From Chromera velia (taxonomy: Eukaryota): 47,994 bases of DNA. A program made the translations under genes and the position numbers. The notes below the pieces were generated by a model. That model was not told the origin of the DNA. It searched no databases and worked only from the letters and a program-made list of their open reading frames with translations. Positions 24,737 through 36,310 of the stretch are shown piece after piece (position 1 is the first letter of the stretch; each line of letters opens with the position of its first letter). The stretch is from assembly GCA_018398765.1 (NCBI GenBank), contig JAHBMJ010000417.1, positions 1 to 47,994 of the forward strand. The letters are read 5' to 3'.

Positions 24737-25029
24737 TGCTCGCTCGTTTTCTTATTCTCCTGCTCTCCTGCTTTCTCTTTTTGTTCTCGGTCTCTCTCTT
24801 AGCCCGTCTCCTTCTTTGTCTCTCTGTGTGTGTCTCTTTCCCCTCCCCTCCCTTTCCTCCTTCAGCTTTTGCGAAACTAGACTGGTTGTCCGTGTCTTTT
24901 TGGTCGTCTGTGTGTGTCTGTCTCTGCTTGCAGAGGAAGAAGGGCGAGGCCGACAGGTTTATCGGGAACAAAATGCCGAAGCATCTGTACTCAGGGAAGA
25001 GGGGAATCGGGAAGACTGACTGGAGATAG
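15529..25029 (+). CDS. NOG1: Nucleolar GTP-binding protein 1 (NOG1/GTPBP4), about 705 aa, 20 exons: 15529-15555, 15687-15884, 16398-16472, 16868-16970, 17184-17283, 17725-17788, 18408-18500, 18911-19000, 19248-19307, 19657-19722, 20017-20253, 20464-20535, 21055-21136, 21657-21817, 22282-22404, 22716-22859, 23318-23440, 23839-23985, 24458-24514, 24934-25029
   Basis: [33 protein letters not shown]1 GYPNVGKS; G2 PYAFTTKS; G3 DTPGILD; G4 [33 protein letters not shown]-terminus [17 protein letters not shown]. All junctions are GT-AG and phase-consistent (2118 nt). Confidence 0.97.
18164..18419 (+). repeat. Tandem array: 4 copies of a 25-bp intron/exon junction separated by 3 copies of a 52-bp palindromic insert (77-bp period)
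   Basis: TGCCTCTTTTCAG|GTGACCAATGCA recurs with AG ending at 18176, 18253, 18330 and 18407. Each insert is TACGTTTACTTTCATAC-agaattctttttcataca-GTATGAAAGTAAACGTA. Confidence 0.97.
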
Positions 25030-26535
25030 ACGGAAAGAGAAGGAAAACAAAATGGGGAAAGGGAGGAAGAGGGAGACGCGTTTTTCTCTTCTTTTTTCCA
25101 GTCGATGCAGCGATTCATCTGGCATCACTGTGCATATACATGTAGTGATAAAGGACTGAAATCTGTGGCATCCCCGCAAAAGTAGGTACTAGACAGTACG
25201 TACTGCGTAACCAGATTATATAAGATGCGTGTCATGATAAAGTGAGGTAACATGGTGTTCTAGACTGTGTGTTGATCATAGTTTGAATCATTATTGCCAA
25301 ATCACCCAGAATTTGCCACTGGCAATCCAGTTGGCAATAAACTTGCCGATTAGTGATGAATCACACTGGCACTGATGATGCTTATGCTGCCAGTGATGCT
25401 GTGCTGATGATGATGATCGTTATGATTATTAAATCATTATTTACTAGATTATTTAAGGGTTAACTGTAGTTAACTGGTAGCCTTTCAGAGGTCCTTTCTG
25501 TGGAATAACTCCTGAGCAAACTGAGACTCGGACCGTAATATGCAGACAAACAGAAACAAAACCGAGTCTCCCTCCTAAAAATTAAAATAAAAAATATATT
25601 ATATGAGTATGTGCAATCCCAAGGCCCCTCACGTGAGCTTAAGCAAACTACACTGGCAATAAAAAGTTATGACAAAAATGTTTTTTCAAAAAAAAAAACT
25701 CAGAAGAATTCAACTGTGGCGTTAGCTCCTCGGGGTGACGTGATAATGAACATATGGTTGGGGGGGGCATTGACTTAAAGTTTGTTCCTAGCGTCTGGCC
25801 TATACGTCTTTCATCTCTTCCATCTGTCCTGATTACTGCTCTCGCTACTAGCTCTCTCTCTCATACGACCTCATACTTGACGCTCCTCCATCTGAATGCC
25901 TTCTTCGGCGTTTGCTAAGTACTTCCTACCCCTCAGTCATAACCAGTGCACTGCTTACTCCTCCTTCCTCCCAGCCCTCCCCTTGCACTCATATGGTTGA
26001 ATTAAAATGTTACTATTACGAAGGCATACCCACCGGCATCTTCATGTGAGTGTCTTATATATTTGGTGGGGTACCAGGTGTACTGACACTCAAGATCACT
26101 TAAGCACACTCAGGCAGTAGTACTTATAATTAAAAATCCTGTACACACAGAATTTTTATGTCAATTTTCTACACTTGTCAGGTCCGCGGATTTCGCTGAG
26201 CTCGTCTCGTCTTAGCAGACGTTCGTCCACCCTGCTGCTTAGAGCTGCCCTCTAAGGAGACATAAACTTATTTTTCACATTTGTCTATTGAGTTTCATCT
26301 AGCTTCGCGCACAATCGTGCACGAACAAACTTGTCTTACTATAGTATAGTCCAGTTTTCTCCGGATCACGTTGACTGCACTTATGTTAAAACTTGACAAC
26401 TGGGACAAGCTTAATTCCAGAACTGACAAAACACAGTTTAAACACTACAAAACACAAAGCTAGACACAAAGTTTGTGTATGTCTCTACTCCGTTGGATCG
26501 GGGTTGGTCCACATACTACGTACATCTATAGGTTG

Positions 26536-26713
26536 GCTGACAGTGTGAATAGTATACTATTCAAACTATTTCTAGACAGGAAATTAGAACAGTACACTAT
26601 TCATGAATATATAGTAAACTATTCATAGTATAAAGAATTTAAAACGTCGAAGAATATTTGAGAGAATAGTATTGAATAGTATACTATTCTGGAATAGTTA
26701 CTATTCTGACAGC
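26536..26713. mobile_element. Small foldback/MITE-like element with GAATAGTATACTATTC palindromes
   Basis: The perfect palindrome occurs at 26547-26562 and 26674-26689. The ends are imperfect inverted repeats (gctgacag.../...ctgacagc), and the interior has many AATAGT/ACTATT submotifs. Confidence 0.5.
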
Positions 26714-26879
26714 TAAAAAAAGAAGCCGATCTATAGATATAGTCTGAAATTCTTTGGTGCGCGATACGTGCCCACTCTCGTATATAAATATTATTGATTC
26801 AGGTTTTTGTTATGCATGCCGTGTCCCCGTATATGAGAGGCAGATCTAGTATATAAATATATATGTACATATGCATGCC

Positions 26880-27220
26880 GTGGCCCCTGGCCAACGGTAT
26901 GTTAAAAGTGGTAGTACCCCTTTTCGCTTAAGTACATGCCAAAAGTTTGCGAAGTTGTAATATAGACTATGCGTGGCCGCCGGCAGAGCCGGCCAACGGA
27001 CGTCAACCTATCAAGTACTGTAGTCGCCGGTGGAGCAGGCCAACAAAATTCAACAGTAACTGTTAATAATTCATGAACTTTTGGGGGCTACAGCATGCTC
27101 CCCGGGAGTATTTCAGTGCTGTGGCCCCCGGCCGATGGTATGTTAAAAGTGTATGATAGTACCCCCCTAAGGGCCTAAGCTCAAGTACATGCCAAAACTT
27201 TGTGAGGTCATAATAGATAT
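26880..27220 (+). repeat. Pair of diverged ~90-bp direct repeats
   Basis: gtggcccc.ggcc.a.ggtatgttaaaagtg...tagtacccc...aagtacatgccaaaa.tttg.ga.gt..taata at about 26880-26970 and about 27121-27220. Confidence 0.8.
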
Positions 27221-27349
27221 AAAGGGTTGAATGCGCAGAATGAGAAGTTATAGTGAATTTCTAATATAACAAAAAAATTAGTGACTTAGAGATACTAGAC
27301 AATTAAATTTTGCACAAATAAAAAATGTAAATAGAAAAAGACTATTCGC

Positions 27350-28099
27350 CGAGGACCTGGGGTGCACTGCATGGGATGGCTGTTTCAGCTGTAGGTCCGG
27401 CAGTCGACTCATCTTTTTTGTTGACAGGAGGAGTAACACTGTTATACATCATGATATATCTTCCATCCCCCCTATGATAATATTGTCAGCATACAAGCTC
27501 TCGATGTGGGCTTTCCACTGTTTTTTTTCTTTCTCGGGGTCGATGACTTCATCCCAGTCAGCTTCAGAATCTCGGAAAAAACACTCTTTTTGTTTCTCTT
27601 TTTTCTTTTCCTCTTTTCAGTCTAAGTACTAAGTCTTTCACAATTCTCTGATAGGGCTGTTGTCGTCCAGACCCTCCTAGGTAGAGGAATTCATCGAGAC
27701 GTTGCTCACAAACAGCTGGTCATACTCTAGGGTCATACTCAGTGACATCTAGCTGTAGAGCTAGTCACACACCCTGAACGACTTGTCGTTCTCTTCATCT
27801 GTAAGACCGAAATCGGCCTGTACAACAGGGGAGTTTGAGCACGAGTCCTCTGTGAATTGAGAGTTCGTTTTGAGGCTGTCCAGCGGATCATTCCTCATCC
27901 TTTCCAGCTCCCTCTCAGAGACCTCGTTATCAGAATCCAGATTCTGTTCTGTAGAGTTCTTTTTCCACCAAGCCTTCAGGATCTGATGATAGACAGCCCG
28001 AATTTCAGGTTATTTCAAATTGGCCAGAATGTTTCTCACATAATTTGGGGGCTGAAGATCGCTTAAGTCAACTAAGACCTTTCTTTCTGCTAAATATCT
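27350..28099 (-). pseudogene. Relic ORF of unknown family with about 8 in-frame stops and no frameshift
   Basis: RYLAERKVLVDLSDLQPPNYVRNILANLK*PEIRAVYHQILKAWWKKNSTEQNLDSDNEVSERELERMRNDPLDSLK...VCD*LYS*MS...ST*EGLDDNSPIREL*KT*YLD*KEEKKKEKQKECFFRDSEADWDEVIDPEKEKKQWKAHIESLY; read by hand in one frame. Confidence 0.55.
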
Positions 28100-28629
28100 A
28101 GCAATTGAACACGCGCGGTGGCCCAGCCGGTGTTCAATTTCAACTCTCGAGAGCAACATCTCAACTCTCCCTCTTTCTCTCAACTGTGTCCCATCAATTT
28201 CCGAGTAGCCTCGCCATCAGATATGTGGATTCACGAATGAAAAAAGAGGTCCTCTGACTAGCTGTTCAATGTAAAGATGCAGTTTAGAGAGGCCGCTGAG
28301 GAGACGGGTATGCTGCTTTGGCTCATCTAAATGCGTTTGTTTAAATATCTGACTGTTGACTTTTTGTGGTATGGACCCCGTGTGTTCTGAAGGACTTTTA
28401 TCACTCTTGTATTTGCTATGGTCTTTGATTTGTGCAAAGAGGAATGCTTACCTAAACCTAGTACTTAAATAGAGCATCCATTCATTTCAGTAACCCCACG
28501 TGCATGACGCCCCCCGCTGCGACGACGCCCGGACTGTATCTTTGTGTGTGTCTGGGCGGCTGAAAATCGATTGCGTCCGTCTGGCTGGTCGGATTGGATC
28601 TTTGTGTATGTCTGGTATGCCTGAAGATC

Positions 28630-29380
28630 GACTGCGGCCGAACGAAAATTTCTCCATGATACATTCAAGATCTCCATTTCCTTAGCTTGACAAGAGCTGT
28701 GTGTGATCGAATGGCTGTTGGTCTGAGACCTTCAGGTGTTTGGTGCATAGGCGTGTGTGTCTGGTGCTTGTTCACGTGCGTAACTCAGGGTCAACTGCAT
28801 TGTTCTAAAAATCGTTCCACTTGGCTGGTTGGATTGGATCTTTGCGTATGTCTGGTGCTCGTTCGCGTGTGTGAACGGATTGGATCTTTGACTGCGGCCG
28901 AACAAAAATTTCTCTATGATGTATTTGAGATCTCTATTCCTTTAGATTGAAGTGGTGTGTGTCGTCTGGCTGGGACTGCATCTCCAGATTGAAGTGTGCG
29001 TGCGTGCTGTATGGATAGCTATGAAAACACCGTATGCGAAGTCAGACGGGAAGGGTCTCGAGCTATGAGTCCTACCCAGTTCGAAGTAAAAATTCTCTAT
29101 CATACATTCGACTGCTCCATTTCTTTAGACGCGTGCTGTGTGTGACTGTGGTCCGGCTGTGCGGTGGTAGGTGCATGGATGGAACTGTCAGACAGCGTGC
29201 ATACGTGCCGTAAGAGATGTGCGTGTGTGCCTGCATCAAGAGGTCTGGCTGTTTGTCCTCTTAGGTTTGTATAGTTTGTCAAGCTTTAAGTATCTCCAGG
29301 CCTTCTCCAGTTTATTCTCGTCGTCCGAACAAAAATTTCTCCAGCATACATTCAGTGTCTGAATGTCTTTAGATTGACAT
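28630..29380 (+). repeat. Four diverged ~60-bp repeats spaced about 185-260 bp apart
   Basis: cgaa.(g/a/t)aaaatt.ctc.a..at..att....(t/g).tc.att.c.ttag at about 28630, 28890, 29075 and 29320. Confidence 0.8.
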
Positions 29381-29399
29381 ACCGATTTTTTATCTGCAG

Positions 29400-31433
29400 C
29401 AGCTTCGTATGTTGCTGACTCAGGGGATTCCTTGGAGGCGCTCAAAGGTGGTGGCACCTTCGTCAAGTCACTGCTGAAGGCCAAGCCAACAGAGGTATTG
29501 GATGCAGATGGCATGAAAGTGCTGGAAGGCATCAAGGGTAGAAAGAGGCTGCCAGCAATGGGGAACATGGTGGCGCGGGGGGTGACGGAGCCATTCTGGA
29601 AAGAGTGCATCTGCCTAGCAGAGGAGGGGCACAGAGTGTGTGCTGTAAGGAGTCGGAATTTAATTTGGCAAGTCGACATCCATGGCTGTACTCATCAAGA
29701 TGCTGCTGGAAGACCAAAAAACCATCGTATATCTGGAGCAGGCGGCAGATGGAGTCGGTTGGTACTACAAGTTTGTCGCTGTAGACTCCACGCATCTCCA
29801 CGCCTAACGTTGTTGAGACAAAAGTGTACCGCAAAGCCGCAGCCATTCAGGTCCAGGTGGAGTCTGACTCCCTGAAATCCCCCGATACCTACTTTCTCAT
29901 CAACCCTGGCAAGTTTGAAGGGTCGTGCGACCCCTCCGACTTCGTCGAGGCCAAGGTTATTCTCAACGCGTCTCCAGACTCAAAGCACTGGGGGGGTAGC
30001 AAGTTTGTAAAGATTTGCAGGCCTCGAAAAGGTAGTGTCTTTTGTTATTACCCCATTTAGTTGCTCACAGCACTGCTCGACTTCGCACCTCTCGTTGATC
30101 CGTCCAAAACCCCGGCTCGAGTCTACAAGCGATTTTACGAGTTCGGGGGGGCCGTCCGTGCGTTGCTTGCCGAAGGAGATGAATTGGATGAGCTTTGCAA
30201 GGCGCAGACGTCTAGCCTAAATGCCCTCACTGAGGATCAGGTTCTACGGATGGCCGCTGGCGATGTAGCTAACGTCGACACGCAAAGCAGTCAACAGCCG
30301 AAGAGCTCGATCATGGGCTACGATTCTGAATCAGAATTAAAGCCCATTTGGACTAACACAAATACGCACAGTTGTTATCTCCGAGGTTGTGTGTGAACAA
30401 ATCGTTACGCAGCACATGGACCTACTCTGGAGGGATGTCACGCTAGAGATAACGCATTCGACGCACGGCCACTTCTTTGACGCATATGTGCGCCAGCTGA
30501 TGCTCCAGGAGGGTGGAAGCACTTTCCTGTCACGAAAAGCCGTGGGAGCAGGGGGGGACAGAGCAAAGAGGGAATTGGAGCTCCCGCACTACAATTCTCT
30601 ACGGTTCGTGACGGATGTGCCTGCGGCAGTGAAAGCGTGTCGAACTGGCAACGTGGTCTATCACTCTGTGGATCAGAGCTTTCCACTGGTAGACTTCATG
30701 TTCAAGCACGGTGGCATGCTTTACGTAGTTAACGCTACCGTTGCAGCTGAGCATGACGCTAAACCCAACGCTATCGAGCAGTTCGTCAAAAGCCTTGACC
30801 TAAAAGCTAGGAGGTTTGTGAAACTGAAGCTGCTCTTCGCGGTGCCAATGAAGCGTTTCAAAAATTTTGTCACAAAACCAGTTGAACCATCCACGACGCA
30901 ATGTGAGGTGCACATCATCGGTGTGGTGAACCCAAAAGAAGAGAGAGGGGTGAAGCGTTCACTGCCGGAGTCGGACACGTCCCCCGCAATGAACAAGCGC
31001 CTGAGGTGAGAGTCTGCTCAGTCTTGTATACTAGGGAATAAACATTATCAACTTGGATAGGGTGTATTTGAATGCATGGGTTATCGAGATGTACCACTGG
31101 GCTGTCTGTACGCCACTAGTGCTGCTGCTTCTACTTGGTTGGACCTCTGCTTCTTCCTTCCTGCCGATCAATCACGCAGCCTCATTATTTCTTCACATGG
31201 CCGGTAGATGTCGTATCTCTCTTTTTGTTGCCTTTTGCAGATCGAAGGGTTCTGAGTCCGGCCCTGCCGCTAGCGGTAACAGCAGTAGCAGCAGGGTTGG
31301 CGGTGCGGCGGGGCTTCAGGCCCAAAAGAGGGGAGCGGAAGGGGGAAGCAAGGAGGGAAGAAAAGGGGGCAAGAAGCCCAAGGAAAAGCCTGCCGACAGC
31401 AAGGCTTCGAACAAGCAGGTTCTACTTCAATAA
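29400..31433 (+). pseudogene. Crinkler/RHS-type (CR-NTPase + CR-REase, PD-(D/E)xK-like) effector pseudogene; main exon 29400-31005, terminal exon 31241-31433
   Basis: Broken Walker A (RVCAV..GI/fs/GKSTSMAVLIKMLL), YFLINPG, VILNASPDSKHWGGS, YYPI*(W), RFYEFGGAVR, GHFFDAYV, HSVDQSFPLVDFMF, VVNATV...HD, LLFAVP..F. This is the NTPase-then-REase motif order of CRN/RHS proteins. At least 3 frameshifts and a TAG at 30058-30060. Intron GTGAGA 31006..CAG 31240 joins a K/G-rich tail in phase. Confidence 0.8.
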
Positions 31434-32000
31434 TGGGTCATGACCGAAAAGGGAAAGAAAGGCAGTTATAGATAAAAGGCCGGCCCTTGAAAAGGATGTA
31501 TGATCCAGTATAAAATGGATTGTGTCTTCTGTCTTTACGACTCGATCAAGTAATTGCATGACCTATTATATCTGTTGCATAACATTTTAATTCGTCGTTA
31601 CTTCGACAGCCTTGCCTTATAGTGAAACATAAGGAAATTAGGTCTGAGCGGCTTGGGAATGGTAACCGGTCACCCTTCCAGCTACGACGTTCCCTTAAGC
31701 GTTTCCTCCTGAGAAGGACTGTCAAACAAGTGTCTTTCTTCTTGCTGATCCCTTTTAGTCTACTGGTGCAGTGGAGTCTGATGATATTTACACTGACTCT
31801 GCATGCCAAATTAATTTATTCGATACGATCTGTCTCTATTGGTCAAATTGCAGAATTTATTTGGCTGTATCGATAATTTGATACGCTTTGCGCTCTCACT
31901 TACGCGCGTTATATAGGTATACTGCTTTCTTATTACACCACACATGAAGCCTTCCATTTAATACTCATCACCTTAGTTATATACCTATATCAATGAGTAT

Positions 32001-33017
32001 TACACTGGAACTATAGTGTGTCACAATGAGACTTTCTAGAACCTTTTGCCAGTATATCACAATGATTTGTGATACAATAATTATGATTTTAAGAACTTTT
32101 GACTGATTCAATTAAATCATACTTATATATGAAAAAAATGGTTGTAGATTGCGTGTTTATAGTGTTTAGCGTAGTTTGACATGCGCCGTGGGGTATGTGT
32201 TTAGCACATCATTTGTAAGCATGAGTGAGTGAGTGAGTAAGTGAGTGAGTGAGGTACTAAGTGAGTGATTGAGTGACTCATTAAGTGAGTGAGTGAGTGA
32301 GTGAATGACTGAGTGAGTAAGTCAGATGAGTGAATGAATGAGTGAGTGAGTGAGTGAGTAAGTGAGTGAGTGAAGTACTCAGTGAGTGATTGAGTGACTT
32401 ATTGAGTGAGTGAGTGAGTGAGTGAGTGAGTGAGTGAGTGAGTAAGTCAGATAACTGAGTGAGTGAGTGAGTGAGTGAATGAGTGAGTAAATGAATGAAT
32501 GAATGAGTGAGTGAGTGAGTGAGTGAGAGAGAGGGTGAGTGATTGAGTGAGTGAGTGAGCAAGTAATTATAAGTGAGTGAGTGAATGAGGAAGTCAGTAC
32601 ACTAGGTGAGTGAGGTATAAGTGAGGTCACTGTCAGTGAGATGAGGTGAGTGAATGAATGAGTGAGGTGAGTGACTAGGTGAGTGACTGAGTAAGATGAG
32701 TGCTAGGGTGAATGAATGAATGTAGAAGAACAGTTTAAACTTTAACGACTGTAAAGACTTTAAGTCACTTTGAAACTTCAGGGTCTGACACTTGATCTCT
32801 ATAAAAGATCATAAGAGATTGTCTAAATGTTAGTCTAAATGCCTTGACAGATGCCTTGACGTTGCTTTTTTATCTAATAATTCTACCATACTTAAGTTAT
32901 TCTAACTATTTCATCACACCTATTGTGATACAATTATTTATGTTACGGTGTCACCGGTACCAGTGTATAGGGTATTGTATCACAATTTGAATTGTGTCAC
33001 ACTATAGTTTCAATGTA
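32001..33017. mobile_element. Non-autonomous TIR DNA transposon, 1017 bp, 27-bp TIRs, 8-bp TSD (hAT-like)
   Basis: Left TIR TACACTGGAACTATAGTGTGTCACAAT (32001-32027) matches the reverse complement of 32991-33017, TACATTGAAACTATAGTGTGACACAAT, at 24/27. TSD ATGAGTAT at 31993-32000 and 33018-33025. Subterminal TTGTGATACAAT/TATCACAAT motifs at both ends. Confidence 0.85.
32222..32722. repeat. Degenerate (GAGT)n microsatellite, ~500 bp, inside the TIR element
   Basis: Directly visible; variants are mostly AAGT and GAAT. Confidence 0.95.
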
Positions 33018-33561
33018 ATGAGTATACTATATACTTGTTAATCGATCCTTTGAAAAGTTCTTTTCCTATATTGTATCTAGCTTAAGACCCCTCTTTATAT
33101 GTACTTTTTAATTATAACTGTATATCCACATTAATTTATTAGTGTTCTAGTCAGTGTCATCACTCCTCATGCAATAATGAAAAGAAAGTCCGAGAGATGA
33201 TTGCTCTTATATCGTCATTCCAGCCTCTGGCGGGCATGAAGCCCTGATGAGGGCGGTTGAGGAGTGTATAGCCAAATTGACGTGAGTTCGTGTTAATAAT
33301 TGTCATGCGTAAACGAATCAATGCGCTAGATTAACAAACTAACATTGCATGTACGTCATGCCCCATGGTTCAAGTTGGCCAGAGCCTAAGTGGTGGCTCA
33401 CCGGCTTTAACCGCCTTAATTCAAAAAATTCATTCAATGATGATCAATGATCATAATCGAAAATCATGCTAGATCATAACAATCATACTAATGATCATTG
33501 TTTGAGAAATATATGTATTTTTTTAGATTTCTTCATTTATTCAAACTCTCATTCAGTTATA

Positions 33562-36275
33562 TCATCCCGCTCCACTTACCATTCCAGCTGTTTGTTCTTT
33601 TGGTACTTGATCTGAGTGGCGTGAACTGAAATCAATAGATGAAACCAGTCCAGGCCCTTGAGCAGATGCTTCTTTGCCAACCGGACTCGCAGCAAAGGGA
33701 CTTACAGCGACTGTCGGGTTGATGCCACTTGCAGCAGCTGCTGCAGACCCGCTCGGATCGCTCTGGAGGCCCCCGTCTTTTGCCTCCTTTGTTCCCTCAC
33801 CTGCTGGCTCTTCAAGCAGCTGACTGCTTGATACACCGGCAGCCACACCAGCTACAGGCTGGTCTTTTGTTTCGGTTTGAGACACAATTGGTGCTGGAGA
33901 CGGACCAGGTCCTGCACTCCCTTCCGCGCTCAGCTCAGCTCCAGGGCTTCGGTGTTTTCCGGGTGCACTGACAGTGATGGTGACAGTGGCAGGCTGCTCA
34001 CCTGGAGTTACTTTTGCGCCGTCCTTGTTCTCTTCCTTCTCTCTGGCCTCAACAGGGGGAGACCAATAGATCCCCTTTTCTGCGTTCTGTTCAGTTTTGC
34101 TTTCTGAGAGGGGCAGGTCGCTCGAGACAGGCAGACTGTGTGAGGTATCTGCTGCATTCAGCCCACCGCCTACAACAGAACTGGATTCTTGAGGTTCCCC
34201 CTGCCCCATTTCCTCAGCAGTCTGTTCTCCTTTCGGATTCCCCTCGGGGGCCCCTGAAAGAGACGGGGGCGGAGTGGGCCCTGAAGGAGGAGAAGGAGAA
34301 GGAGAGGACACGTCCGCAGCCTGAGGGTGATTCACGACCACTGTTGCGGCTGCCCCAGCAGAAGCCTGGCGGCTCTGTGCCATCTCCATCGACCAGAGAA
34401 TATTCCGATTGAGGACCTTCACAGAAGAGGCAGAAGAGGGCTGAGGAGACGTTCCTGCTGGTGCAGGCAGTCCCCCCCTCTCTCTCTCCCCTTCTCCTTC
34501 GGGAGGCTGAGGAGGAGGATGGGAAGACGAAGAGGAAGAGGAGGAGGAGGACGAACGGGCTGTCGCTGCTGCTTGGGCCGTGATCTCGAACTCCTCTCCC
34601 AACCCTGCAGACAGGCGGGGAGGCACAGAGGCAGAGAGACAGGGAGGGACGAGCACATGCAGGGTAAGCGTGCGTGAACAAATGAGGAAGTGTTAGATCG
34701 GCAGGCCACGGTACAGTTTCTCATGCGCAGACAAATTTGATCTCGAATTTCTCTATTGCCACCCGAAAGCACGGAGCTGCTGCTGTTCGGCACTTCTCTC
34801 CAGTTCCTCCTGTTTCTTTTCTTTCTTCCACCCCCCCGTGGGTCTTTTCATTTTTCTTCAGATGCTTACCAACACAGGATGGATGCGTGATCGAAGCCGT
34901 ACACCTAGCACGTGTATTTTATGTGTCGAAGGAGAGGTGCACACGAACTCGGATCGACTTTCTGTCCGTCTCCTGTCCTCTACGCATGGGTCGCCCCACT
35001 CCTGATTCTCCCCCTAGCTCCACATACGCTGGAAACACCAGAAAAAGACGTAACGACAAAGCAATCAAGAGCAGGGAGAGCAGGAGGGCAAAAAGCTAGC
35101 AGACAGACCAACCGACCCTTGTGCACTTCTCCCATCTGCACCACAGGAGGGAGGGAGAGGGGCGACAAGAAGAAGGATAAATTCAGAAGAGAAACGACTT
35201 TTTTTTGCAAGACCAGCCGAAGAGAGCGAAAGAAAGAAAGAAAGAAAGAAAGAAAGAGCGAACGAACGCAAGAAAGAAAGGAGAAGACAAGAAAAAATAG
35301 AGGAAATCAGAGGACCTGCATGCCCACAACCCACAAGCCGCTACATTTACCCCCCCTCCTCCCTCTCTCACACACACAGACATGAAGACAGCGAAAAAAA
35401 GCAAGAGCAAGAGATTATGCATCCATCCATCCATCCATCCATCCAAAAAAGAAAGGGGAATCATCCCGGGGAGCGCAATGGTCCGATCAGAGATTCATCC
35501 GATCAGTCTTCCTTCCACTGCACTTCCTTCCCTCCCCTTCCCACTTATGCCCTTCCCTTCCTCCACTCATTTATTGGCCAAGAGACGAGGCAAAGCAGGA
35601 AGGAGGTGAACAGACCATCGAGACTCGAACAGGCAGGCGCATTATTTGAAGCTCCAGAGCATATCTTTGCATGGACCCATCCATCCATGCAGTGGCTCAA
35701 ACAAAACCTCACCCAAATACATAAACACGAACGAATGAGGGCACAAAAAAATAGCTCGAGAAACTTGACGCACGCATGAAAAAGAAAGCAGCTCCTCACT
35801 CACCCACCCTTTGCAGCCGCCGTTTCAAGATCTTCATTGCCGTCAGCACAGGAGGAGCAGTCAGGACTTGGGACGCGACCGCCTGGCCATTCTGCGTGGT
35901 TAAGGGAAACGGGGAAAAGGCACATAGACCATAGAGAAGAATGTGAATGATGCCTACGCATGATGTAGACAGACCACAAGTGAATAAAAAAATCTAATGC
36001 TTCTTGGTTGAAAAAAGGGGGACGGAGCTAAGGGCTCTAAGAGAGAAGGAGTCAGTGCGAAAGGCTGAGCAGGCAGAGAAAAAAAAACAGAAAAAAGTGA
36101 GTCGCAGAGCGGACGCAGGCAGCAAACAGGGAAACGGCCACGTCAACAAAAACAGGAAAACGGGAGAAGAAAAGCATCAGACATGCATAGGAACAGAATA
36201 AATGAACAACGAGACAGAGAGACAGACGCACAGAGAGACTGTCAAACCAACATTTGATTTTTGAGAGACAGACAG

Positions 36276-36310
<35 letters not shown>

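Noticed and set aside
27870..27990. KAWWKKN / DPLD as a hAT dimerisation domain
   Set aside because: The motif order and the downstream P.L..LA...L..P..S...ER.FS signature do not fit.
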